Below, piece by piece: positions 39,833-48,888 of a stretch of 64,000 nt of DNA. Source of the DNA: Acidobacteriota bacterium. GTDB lineage: Bacteria; Acidobacteriota; UBA890; WLXD01. The notes under the pieces were generated by a model that ran no database searches, had not been told where the DNA came from, and worked only from the letters and a program-made list of their open reading frames with translations. Where the stretch lies: assembly GCA_963666215.2 (NCBI GenBank), contig CAXWPL010000005.1, positions 896,001 to 960,000 on the forward strand. Direction: 5' to 3'. Numbering within the stretch: the stretch's first letter is position 1; each line of letters begins with the position of its first letter. A program made the translations under genes and the position numbers.

Positions 39833-41008
39833 ATGATCGTTTCGGAAATCGAGCGTAGCGACGTTCCACGGGGTTGGGAGCTGGCGGCCAACGTCATCTA
39901 CGAAACGCCGCCTCGCGAATCGGTGCGGTTGTGGTTCCGAGGCCCCGCGGAGCACAGGCCGGAAGAGCACCTGGGCGACGTCATCCTGACGTCGCTGTTG
40001 CCGCAGTGCATGCTGCTGCACGAGCCGCTGACCATCGAGGCTCTGGTGTCGGAGGAGCTCGCCGCAGCAGCGCGCGACGGCATCGTTCCGCCACTGCGCG
40101 AGGCCTTCCCGCGCCTGGCTGGCCTCGAGCTCCACGCGCCGATGCGGAAGGCGGCGCCGACCTCCGCTCCTGGATCAAGGGGGAGTGCGTCCTTCTTCTC
40201 CGGCGGGCTCGATAGCTGGTACACGGCGTTGAGCAATCAGGAAGAGCTTCGTTACCTGATCTTCATTCACGGCTTCGACATCCCGCTGGCAAACGAAACG
40301 CTCATGAGCGTCGCGTGGCGCAACGCCGCCGCCGCGGCGCAGACGCTGGGACTGAAGCTGATTCCTCTCAGCACCAACCTGCGCGACCTGCTCTACGAGC
40401 AATCCGCCGCCCGCGTCGCGAAGGTCGGAATGCCGCGGTTCGCGCGCTTCGCCAACTGCTGGATGAGCTCTTTTCTGCCGGCAGTCGCAACGACGCTTCG
40501 CCGGAGTATCAACCGGATTCGGATTCCGGCGGGGTTCGCCGAAGGACAAGAGGTTCCACGGCCCGTGGTCGAGGCTCGCTGGTCGACTCCGGAGCTGGAC
40601 GTCGTCGTCGACGGTACCGAACATGACCGCATCGGGAAGATCCGCTGGATCGCCGACCATGCGCCGGAGACTCTCGCCAGCCTGCGTGTCTGTGGCGACA
40701 AGTCGGGCTCGCAGCTCAACTGCGGCATCTGCGGCAAATGCTTGCGCACGCTGGCCGAGCTGAGGGCCGGGGATGCGCTCCACCTGGCGACGTCGTTCCC
40801 GGTAACCCTCCACCTGAATGCGATCAGGCGAGCGACGTGCTACCGCGATTCCTACTGGGACGACATCGTCGTCGCCGCGCGGCAGAAAGGCGACGTCGAG
40901 CTCGAACGAGCGGTGGAGGTCTTCCTGGGCAGGAGATACCACTGGCGACGCCTCCTCGACGGCCTGGGGCGACACACACTGCGAATATTGGGGCGACCAC
41001 GCCGATGA
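39833..41008 (+). CDS. PP-loop/QueC-like protein with a Cys cluster
   Basis: SFFSGGLDS; LRVC...NCGICGKCLRT. Confidence 0.65.
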   Translation: MIVSEIERSDVPRGWELAANVIYETPPRESVRLWFRGPAEHRPEEHLGDVILTSLLPQCMLLHEPLTIEALVSEELAAAARDGIVPPLREAFPRLAGLELHAPMRKAAPTSAPGSRGSASFFSGGLDSWYTALSNQEELRYLIFIHGFDIPLANETLMSVAWRNAAAAAQTLGLKLIPLSTNLRDLLYEQSAARVAKVGMPRFARFANCWMSSFLPAVATTLRRSINRIRIPAGFAEGQEVPRPVVEARWSTPELDVVVDGTEHDRIGKIRWIADHAPETLASLRVCGDKSGSQLNCGICGKCLRTLAELRAGDALHLATSFPVTLHLNAIRRATCYRDSYWDDIVVAARQKGDVELERAVEVFLGRRYHWRRLLDGLGRHTLRILGRPRR

Positions 41009-42031
41009 GCGCCCCGAAGCAGGCCCTACGTCGCCTGGTCGCGACGGCATCCCGTCTGGCTGAGCCACACGATGGGCCACTACGGCGTGGCCAACAGCCG
41101 TGCCCTCGAGATAGCCGGCATCACCCGCGCCACCGCCGACCCGCCCGGCGGCACGATCAATCGCGACGCCGAAGGCAATCCGACGGGGGTGCTCAAGGAG
41201 TCGGCGCAGCGCCTGGTCAGTCGACTGATCCCGGCGAGCTCGCCTGAGCAGGTGCGCAACGGCATGCGACAGCTTGCCGCCGCGTTCAACGAAGAGGGCA
41301 TGACGGGGTTGAAGGACCCTGGTATTGGCGCCGGAGTGTGGAGTGCCTATCAGGACGTTCTCGCTGCCGGAGCGCTATCTGTACGCGTATTCGCGCTGTG
41401 GCAGGGCGGCGGCGACCTGCACGACGCTGCCGAGCTCGTCGAGCGCATCGGGCCGTTCAACAAGCCGTACTTGTCGACCGGCGACGATCACCTCATCTCC
41501 GGCGGCATCAAGCTCTACATCGACGGCAGCGGCGGTGCACGAACCGCATGGCTGCACGATCCGTGGAGCGTTGGCTTCGACGCCCTTGATGATGGCAACT
41601 TTGGCTATCCCGTCGTTGAGCCGCAGCTGTTGCGCGACAAGATCCGCATGTTTCACAATGCCGGGATCCACGTCTCGGTGCATTCGATTGGCGACCGCGC
41701 CATCGACTGGTCGTCGGTAGCGCGCGAGCCCCTGCTCGGGGTGTACAACGCCAAGGCGGACGGCAGTCCTTTCGGCTCTGACGAGTCGGTTGATATCCAC
41801 ACCGCGCTGTGCTCGTTCACCATCTGGAGCGCGCGACAGATCTTCCTCGAGGACAAGATCGGCTCGATCGAAATCGGCAAGTACGCCGACATCGCCATCT
41901 GGGACCGAGATCTCTATTCGGTTCCCACAGCCGACCTCGAGAATCTCGACTGCCAGATGACGATCTTCAACGGCCGCATCGTCTACCAGGATCCGGAAAC
42001 CGCGCTCGTCGTCTCCGAAATCGCCAGCTGA
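41005..42031 (+). pseudogene. Amidohydrolase-3 (YtcJ-like) gene with N-terminal and internal deletions
   Basis: GHYGVANSRAL, GNPTGVLKE and KLYIDGS; HSIGDRAIDW joins directly to late sequence; GSIEIGKYAD present; the HxH start and RIEH/GSD regions are missing. Confidence 0.75.
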
Positions 42032-42283
42032 TCGATAGGCGATCGGGATGCGGAGGATGTTCTTCGCGAGGTGGTGGTTGGATTGAGCGAGTGGGGGGCG
42101 TTTCAGACGCGCCGCGGCGAGCCTCCGGGCATCGGAACTCACAGCCGGTCGGGCGAGTTTCCGGAAATCGCCGGCCGGTGGCCATCCAACTCGACTAAAG
42201 GGGGCGCTCCGTCGCCCCCGACCAGAACCACGCAACAACAGGCCTTCCCCGGGCGAGCTCCATAAGAATTGGGAGAGGACTGT

Positions 42284-42610
42284 ATGAGCGCACTGCGAGT
42301 GGAGCACCGACTGTTTGCCGCCGAGCTGATGGCGGCCCAACCGTGTCGCGGCTATCGGATCTGGCTGCGCTACTCCGACAACGCCGAGGGCTGGCTCGAT
42401 CTCAGGCAGCTGGCCGCCCGCGCTGAGTTCGCCGGCTGGCGAGAGCCCGGAGCGTTCACCCGAATGCGCATCACGCCGGCGGGCCACCTGGCCTGGCCGG
42501 GAGGCATCGCGCTCGCCTCCGCCGCCCTCTACTCGGCTCTGGCGGCGAATCAGGACCTCGAAAAGCTGTTCCCGTGGCCGAACGGCGTCGCCCCTGCGTA
42601 CCGATCGTAA
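42284..42610 (+). CDS. DUF2442-domain protein
   Basis: YRIWLRYSD..EG.LDL, W.....F, LAWPGGIALAS.ALY. Confidence 0.75.
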   Translation: MSALRVEHRLFAAELMAAQPCRGYRIWLRYSDNAEGWLDLRQLAARAEFAGWREPGAFTRMRITPAGHLAWPGGIALASAALYSALAANQDLEKLFPWPNGVAPAYRS

Positions 42611-42647
42611 TAGGTCGCTTTATTGGTCTATAATTCGACCTATTACG
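42606..42647 (+). promoter_or_regulatory. TA promoter/operator: 12-bp inverted repeat flanking a TATAAT -10 box
   Basis: CGTAATAGGTCG-N18-CGACCTATTACG with TATAAT at 42629-42634. Confidence 0.7.
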
Positions 42648-42676
42648 TCGAAGCGCCCCACACCAGGTGTAGAGAC

Positions 42677-42955
42677 TTGCCGACTGTCCCGCTGTCGTTC
42701 GCGAAGACACACTTCGCGAAGTTGATTACCGATGTCGTCGAACTGGGCGAACGGGTCCTCATCACGAAGTCGGGCAAGCCGGCCGGCATGCTGCTTTCGG
42801 TGGACGAGTACGAGGGACTGCTCGAGACGCTGGAGATTCTTGCAGACCCGGAGCTAGCGGCCGCCGTCCGAACCGGCCTGGCGGAAGCTGAGCGCGGTGA
42901 GCTCGTGGAGCACGACGAGGTCTGGCGTGACGTGGACGCTGCCGTACACGAGTAG
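42677..42955 (+). CDS. Phd/YefM-family antitoxin
   Basis: AKTHFAKLI..V, VLITKSGKPAGMLLSVDEYEGLLETLEIL. Confidence 0.92.
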   Translation: MPTVPLSFAKTHFAKLITDVVELGERVLITKSGKPAGMLLSVDEYEGLLETLEILADPELAAAVRTGLAEAERGELVEHDEVWRDVDAAVHE

Positions 42956-43202
42956 CGCCGCGCGCTCGATTCAGAAGCTCGACCCGCAGGTACGGGCACG
43001 CGTGCGTCGCGCTCTCGAGCGGTTGCGCGTCGATCCGCTCCGCGGCAAGCCGCTGCAGCTCACGCTTCGCGGACTGCGCTCCTGGAGAACGGGCGACTTC
43101 CGAATCGTCTATCGAGTGGTTCAGCAGCGAATCGAGATCATCGTGATCGCGATGGGCCATCGGCGAGACGTCTATGCGCAGCTGCGCGACCGACTGAAGT
43201 AG
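42927..43202 (+). CDS. RelE/ParE-family toxin
   Basis: GKPL...LRGLRSWRTGDFRIVY...IAMGHRRDVY; overlaps the antitoxin. Confidence 0.92.
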   Translation: MTWTLPYTSSAARSIQKLDPQVRARVRRALERLRVDPLRGKPLQLTLRGLRSWRTGDFRIVYRVVQQRIEIIVIAMGHRRDVYAQLRDRLK

Positions 43203-43245
43203 CGCAAGCCGGCCCGGCGACAAACAGAACCGGGCCTTCGGTTCT

Positions 43246-45861
43246 CTAGCGGAGTCCGAAGGCGTAGAGCGTGCCGCGCGTTCGTACGTAAATCCGACCG
43301 TCGGCGATCGCGGGCGTGGCGTAAACGAGATCGTCGAGATCGCCCACCGAGATCACGTCGAGCGTGGGACCGGGACGCAGGACCGCAGTCTTGCCGAGCT
43401 CACTGATGAGATCGATCTTGCCGTCGGCTGCGACCGGCGAAGCGTAGTAGCTGTCGATGGCACCTTCGACACGACCTTGATCGAGGCTTTCGCCGCTGAC
43501 CGGGTCGAGAATCGTGACGATTCCGCCGTCGTTGATCATGTAGAGGCGGCCGCCGTAGTGCACCGGCGACGGAAGCTGTGGCACCGCGCGGCTGTAACGC
43601 CACAGGAAGCTCGTTGAAGTGGTGTCTCCCGAGCCGCCAAGTCGGATGGCGAACATGCCGTTGGTCATTGCCATGGAGTTACGGAAGTAATCCCAGTCGC
43701 GGTCGCTGAGAAAACCATCGCGGTCGAGATCGCTCATGCGAAAGCGCTGCTTGGCGCGGCCGTCGGGCAGCTCTTCGGCGATGAGCAGTCCGTCGCCGTC
43801 GGAATCGCTCTCTGTGAGAGCCGCGGAAAAGGGCCCCATCTCCATCGTGTTGCCCGGATTGTTGAGCGGCGACCCGTAGCCGTTGACGAACACCACGCCG
43901 GCGGCGATCACGGGTACCGACTTCATCTCGTGGATCATTCCGCGCGTCCACCAAAGACGCTCGCCGGTTGCCATCGAGTAGCCACTGAACAGAAAGGAGC
44001 CCACGACGAGGAGCTGCGGGTCTTTAGAAAGATCCGGCGCTCCGTCGGGTCCGACCGGCTGGTAGATGATCGGGGTGGCGTGGGAGCTTGCAGCTTCGGG
44101 GCGTTCGACTCGCCAGACAACGCCACCGTCGGCGGCGTTGAGAGCGACGAGGAAGGAGTCCGTACGCTGATCGCAAACGAGATAAACCACGCCCTCGTGC
44201 AACAGCGGCGACGCGCCCATGCCGTAGAGGTTGTCGAAGGGTCCGAGAGGCTGTCGCCAGAGCTCCATACCGTCGTGGTCGTAGGCAATCAGGCCGTAGT
44301 CGGCAAAGAAAACAACCACGCGATCTGCGTCCACCGCAGCGCTCGGCGCGGCGGGATTGTTGCGCGAGTCGAGTCGTTCGACGCGCTCGCGCGGCGCCTC
44401 GCGGCGCCACAGCTCGGCACCCGTAGCGCGGTCGTACGCTAGCGTCAGCAGCTTGTCGTCATCGAACGCCGTGATGAACAGGCGATCGTCGCTCAGAATC
44501 GGCGACGAGTGCCCGGCAGGCGCGGTGACGCTCCAGATCACGTTCGATGCCGGATCCAGGCGCTCGGGCAACGGTCCGGCCTCGGCGGTGCCCGACCCGT
44601 TCGGCCCACGGAAGCGTTCCCATTCCGGGCTCGTGGCTGCCGCCTCGCTCGGCCCGAGGTGCGCGTCTCTCGGGATGAGGGCACCCTCCTGGGCCGCGCC
44701 CGACGGAATGGCCTCGATCTCGATCTCGATCTGGTAGACGAGCATCTCGTTTGGCGAGATCACGAACCGAGGCTCGCCCGGCACGTCGCGGCCGTAGAAA
44801 CCCGAGGCGCCGTACGCCAGTGAGGCCGGCACGATGGCCACTCGGCGGTCTCCTGGCCTCATGCTCGAGAGCACCTCGGTGAATCCGGCGTTGACGTTCT
44901 CTTCGCCACGAACAACCCGAAACCTTACTGGAGCTTCACCGGGGCCAGGCTCGCCTCGCTGACCGGCGCTCGCGAAACGCCGGCCGCCCAGTGTCCGGCC
45001 GGTGTAGCGCACCCACGCATCGCCGCCTGCGGCCGCCACTCCCCCAGCCTCGCTCGCCGCGCCATCCACGCCCTCGGCAAGCGTCTGCGTGCGCAGGCCG
45101 CTCGGCCACACGGTCGCGTCCGGCCAGTTGTCGGCAACGAACTTCTCCTCGGCCTGCCGACGGCGTTCGTCGTCGCGCCGCACGCCTGCCTCCGCCGAGG
45201 CCACGAGCTCGCGGAACGATTCCGTCGTCGGCCGGAATGCCTGCGCCTGGGGCCCCACACGAACGATACGTACGCTCTCGATGGCGTCGTCCTGAACGAT
45301 CGCCTCGACCACATCGAGTCCGACCACCACCTCGCCAAACACCGTGTAGTTGCCGTCCAGATACGAGCGGTCGCCGAGGGTGACGTAGAACTGACTCGCG
45401 TTGGTGTGCGGACCACCGTTGGCCATACCCACCATCCCGGCACGACCGTGCGTCAGCTCGGGGTGGATCTCGTTGGGGAAGGCGTACCCGGGATCCCGGG
45501 CCTGCTCGCTGCGTGGAGTCCCGCCCTGGACGACGTGACCCGGCACGACCCGATGGAAGGTCGTGCCATCGAAGTAGGGCACGCCAGGTCCGAAGGCGTC
45601 GTTGGCGACGCTGCCTTCGGCCAAACCGACGAAACTCGACACGGTCACCGGCGCGCGCTCCGCGTCGAGCGCAATCACGATGAGACCACGGCTCGTTTGC
45701 AGCTCAGCGTACAACCCGTTCGTATAACTCGGCTGCTGCGCCGCCGAATCGACAGCTCCCAGAACAGCCCCGAGCGCACATGCGCCCGCGCAGAATCGAC
45801 CGGCGACGGCGAAACCCCGCTGTACCGACGTTGGGCTTACGCGTGGCGGCATCGTGGTCAT
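43246..45861 (-). CDS. Secreted fusion: cyclophilin PPIase, FKBP PPIase and PQQ/BamB-like beta-propeller with EF-hand-like loops
   Basis: FHRVVPGHVVQGG, MANGGPHTNASQFY, LDGNYTVFG; VRYTG...F, IVPASLAYG; WERFRGPNGSG, DSDGDG, DLDRDG, ATPAIADGRIYVRT. Confidence 0.85.
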   Translation of the reverse strand: MTTMPPRVSPTSVQRGFAVAGRFCAGACALGAVLGAVDSAAQQPSYTNGLYAELQTSRGLIVIALDAERAPVTVSSFVGLAEGSVANDAFGPGVPYFDGTTFHRVVPGHVVQGGTPRSEQARDPGYAFPNEIHPELTHGRAGMVGMANGGPHTNASQFYVTLGDRSYLDGNYTVFGEVVVGLDVVEAIVQDDAIESVRIVRVGPQAQAFRPTTESFRELVASAEAGVRRDDERRRQAEEKFVADNWPDATVWPSGLRTQTLAEGVDGAASEAGGVAAAGGDAWVRYTGRTLGGRRFASAGQRGEPGPGEAPVRFRVVRGEENVNAGFTEVLSSMRPGDRRVAIVPASLAYGASGFYGRDVPGEPRFVISPNEMLVYQIEIEIEAIPSGAAQEGALIPRDAHLGPSEAAATSPEWERFRGPNGSGTAEAGPLPERLDPASNVIWSVTAPAGHSSPILSDDRLFITAFDDDKLLTLAYDRATGAELWRREAPRERVERLDSRNNPAAPSAAVDADRVVVFFADYGLIAYDHDGMELWRQPLGPFDNLYGMGASPLLHEGVVYLVCDQRTDSFLVALNAADGGVVWRVERPEAASSHATPIIYQPVGPDGAPDLSKDPQLLVVGSFLFSGYSMATGERLWWTRGMIHEMKSVPVIAAGVVFVNGYGSPLNNPGNTMEMGPFSAALTESDSDGDGLLIAEELPDGRAKQRFRMSDLDRDGFLSDRDWDYFRNSMAMTNGMFAIRLGGSGDTTSTSFLWRYSRAVPQLPSPVHYGGRLYMINDGGIVTILDPVSGESLDQGRVEGAIDSYYASPVAADGKIDLISELGKTAVLRPGPTLDVISVGDLDDLVYATPAIADGRIYVRTRGTLYAFGLR

Positions 45862-46016
45862 CGTGGGAATCCCTCGTCCGGGGGCAAACGGTCAGTGCGA
45901 CGAGCCTACTGCACCCCAGGCCGCTCTGGAGGCGCCGGGTAGGAACTCCGTGGGCGGCGGCTTGGAGTTAGCATGCGGGCGTATCGGATACCGCTCTCGA
46001 GCTCGGAGACAGATCG

Positions 46017-47516
46017 CTGACCAAGCGCACACGCACGGGACTGATCGTCGGTGCCATCGTCGTTGGTGTCGCCAGCATCGCCGCAGCCCGCCCTGCCCTG
46101 CGCACGTGGCGATTCGCCGCGGTGGCAGCCGGCATCAAGGCCAAGATGATGTGCTCGGGGGTCTTCGTCGGCGGCAGGGACGCCGCCGACGTCGAGCGGG
46201 CCGACCTGCTCCCCGAGCTGATGGCCCTCGACACCGACATCGACCAGCGCTCGCGGCAGGTGACCGTTTCGCTGCTCGGCGGCCTGGTAAAGCGGACCGC
46301 GGTGTTTCGCGACGGGCTCGGCTGCAGTCTGGCAATCGGCATCACTCCGGAGGAGCTGAGGTCCGTGGCGCCGGACTGGAGTCCGACCACACCGCCACCA
46401 CCGTCCGATTGGCCCTCCGAGGGCACGGCCCAGAAACCGACGACCGGCGTGATCGCGTCCGATCGCGCAGAGAGCGCAGAGAGCGCAGTACCGTCGGACA
46501 CAAGCGCCGCAAACCGCCTGGCGCAGGCCGTGGAGGAGGCCTTCCTCGAACCCGACCCCGAGCGGCCACGCGACACCCGTGCGCTGCTGGTCGTGCACCG
46601 GGGTTCGATCATCGCCGAGCGTTATGGCGATGGCTTCACCGCCGACACCCCGCAGCACGGGTGGTCGATGACCAAGAGCATCCTGAACGCCCTGATCGGC
46701 ATCCGCGTAGGCCAAGGCAAGCTGGCGATCGACGCTCCGGCTGCGGCTCGCGAATGGTCCGCCAAGGATCCCCGCCGCCAGATCACGCTCGCCAACCTGC
46801 TGCACATGAGCAGCGGCCTCGGCTTTCAGGAGAGCTCCAACGATCTGCTCTCCGACGTCGTCGTGATGCTGTTCTCCTCGCCGGATTCGGCGGCGGTCGC
46901 CGCTGTGCAACCGGCGATGGCCGAGCCGGGCACCCGCTGGGCCTACTCCAGCGGGACGAGCAACCTGATATCGCGAGTGCTCCGCGAATCGTTCACCAGC
47001 GACGACGACTACCTCACCTTCGCGCGGCGCGAGCTGTTCGACCGAATCGGCATGCACAGCGCGTTGATCGAGACCGACCCCTCGGGCACGTTCGTGGCGT
47101 CGTCGTTCGGGTACGCAACGGCACGCGACTGGGCTCGTTTCGGCATGCTCTACCTGAACGACGGTGTGTGGAACGGTGCGCGGATCCTGCCCGAGGGCTG
47201 GGTCACCTACAGCACCACCCCGGCGCCCGCCGCGCCGAACGGGCACTATGGCTCCCAGATCTGGCTCAACCGCGGCGAGCTCAACGCCGACGGCCGGCCC
47301 CTCAGCCCCCTCTCTGCCCAGAACCGCCCATGGCCGAATGTACCCGACGACGCCTTCTACTTGTCGGGCTTCGACGGGCAGTGGGTGGTGGTCGTGCCCT
47401 CCCACGAGCTCGTTGTCGTGCGTCTAGGACGCATGCCCGACAGCCGAGCCTGGAGTATCAGAGATTTCGTGGCCGAGGTGATCGCCTCGTTTGTCGATGA
47501 ACCCGCCGCAGGCTGA
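46017..47516 (+). CDS. Serine hydrolase (class C beta-lactamase-like); probable CTG start
   Basis: WSMTKS (SxxK), LLHMSSG, WAYSS, ARDWARFG, GFDGQ; the frame extends upstream through a signal anchor to a CTG preceded by GGAG. Confidence 0.88.
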   Translation: MTKRTRTGLIVGAIVVGVASIAAARPALRTWRFAAVAAGIKAKMMCSGVFVGGRDAADVERADLLPELMALDTDIDQRSRQVTVSLLGGLVKRTAVFRDGLGCSLAIGITPEELRSVAPDWSPTTPPPPSDWPSEGTAQKPTTGVIASDRAESAESAVPSDTSAANRLAQAVEEAFLEPDPERPRDTRALLVVHRGSIIAERYGDGFTADTPQHGWSMTKSILNALIGIRVGQGKLAIDAPAAAREWSAKDPRRQITLANLLHMSSGLGFQESSNDLLSDVVVMLFSSPDSAAVAAVQPAMAEPGTRWAYSSGTSNLISRVLRESFTSDDDYLTFARRELFDRIGMHSALIETDPSGTFVASSFGYATARDWARFGMLYLNDGVWNGARILPEGWVTYSTTPAPAAPNGHYGSQIWLNRGELNADGRPLSPLSAQNRPWPNVPDDAFYLSGFDGQWVVVVPSHELVVVRLGRMPDSRAWSIRDFVAEVIASFVDEPAAG

Positions 47517-47520
47517 CAAG

Positions 47521-48699
47521 ATGAAACACTTCGCAACCGCCAATAACGCCATCAGCCAACCTCCGTGGCGCCCAAGCCGCTGTGGGCGCTGCGCCGGATG
47601 GCTGCTGCTCGCGCCGCTCGTCGCCGTACCGACGGCATCGGCTCAGCAGCCCGGCGTCGGTTTCGAGCGTCGCGACATCGTCACGCCGGCGCCGCCCTAC
47701 AACCTGGTGGCCGCCGACCTCGACGGCGACGGCGACATCGACATCGCCACCGTGGAACAGACGTCGAGCTCCGTTACGGTGCTGCACAACGACGGCGAGG
47801 CGGGGTTTACGCTTTCGTCGCGTCTGGGTGTGGCGTCGCGACCGGAGGCGATCGACGCCACCGACATCGACGCTGACGGCGACCTCGATCTTGCCATCGC
47901 GGTGGCCGGTGACGACGCGGCAGTCTTCCTGATCAACGACGGCGCCGGGCGATTCACCGTCGGACCGGCAATCGAGGTGGGCGGTTCGCCTCACGCGATC
48001 GTGGCCGCCGACATCGACGGAGACGGTGATTTCGATGCTATCGTTTCGAACTTTGCGGGCGGCACCGTGTCGATTCTGCGCAATAACGGCGCCGGCAGCG
48101 GAGGCTTCGTGGAGACGAGCCAGGTGCCAACCGGCCCCGGTACAGAGCGCCCGATCGTCGCCGATCTCGACGGCGATGGCGACCTCGACCTCGCGGTCCC
48201 GACCTTCATGGCGGCAACGCTGACCACATTGCGCAACGACGGGCACGGCACGTTCACGCCCGACGGTGCGCTGCAGCTCGGCAAGGGGCAGCACATCCCG
48301 GCTGCCGGCGATTTCGACGCCGACGGCGACATCGACGTTCTGGTGACCAGCTCTGGTAGCGGCGAGGTCTTCGTTCTCGACAACGACGGCGGTGCGCTGT
48401 CGGTGATCGAGACCGTGGTGCTCGCGGAGTCGCCGTGGGCCGGCGCCGCCGGCGACTTCGACGGCGACGGCGATCTGGACTGCGCAATCGCTCAGTACGG
48501 CGCCAACAAGATCACCATGCTCGACAACGACGGGGAGGGCCGGCTCGAGCCCGCGGCCTCGTTTGAGGTCGGGAAGCAGCCGCATCAGGTGGTGGCCGCA
48601 GACTTCGACGGCGACGGCGATATCGATCTGGCCACGGCGAACGACGCCGAGGCCTCCGTCACGCTGCTGCTGAATCTTCGTATTCGGGCCTCGCGCTGA
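47521..48699 (+). CDS. Secreted FG-GAP/VCBS repeat protein
   Basis: Seven (A/G)DxDxDGDxD repeats; signal peptide. Confidence 0.9.
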   Translation: MKHFATANNAISQPPWRPSRCGRCAGWLLLAPLVAVPTASAQQPGVGFERRDIVTPAPPYNLVAADLDGDGDIDIATVEQTSSSVTVLHNDGEAGFTLSSRLGVASRPEAIDATDIDADGDLDLAIAVAGDDAAVFLINDGAGRFTVGPAIEVGGSPHAIVAADIDGDGDFDAIVSNFAGGTVSILRNNGAGSGGFVETSQVPTGPGTERPIVADLDGDGDLDLAVPTFMAATLTTLRNDGHGTFTPDGALQLGKGQHIPAAGDFDADGDIDVLVTSSGSGEVFVLDNDGGALSVIETVVLAESPWAGAAGDFDGDGDLDCAIAQYGANKITMLDNDGEGRLEPAASFEVGKQPHQVVAADFDGDGDIDLATANDAEASVTLLLNLRIRASR

Positions 48700-48888
48700 G
48701 CAGCCGGGCGAGGTCCGGTCACAGATCCCACCCGGGGCAAGACCGCCGACACTCAACGCCAGGGCGTGCGGTGGATCGTCGGGTGTCGTTCGGAGCGGCT
48801 CGCGACGTCGTTTCGGTTCGCCTCGACTCACGCGTTGTCGCGGGTTCTGGTAACGTCCCGCCACCTCAAATCGGTCGCCGCTAGAGCC

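Noticed and set aside
47690-48640. Recurring GACxTCGACGGCGACGGCGA DNA repeats suggesting an array
   Set aside because: They encode FG-GAP DxDGDGDxD repeats in frame; not CRISPR repeats or a mobile element
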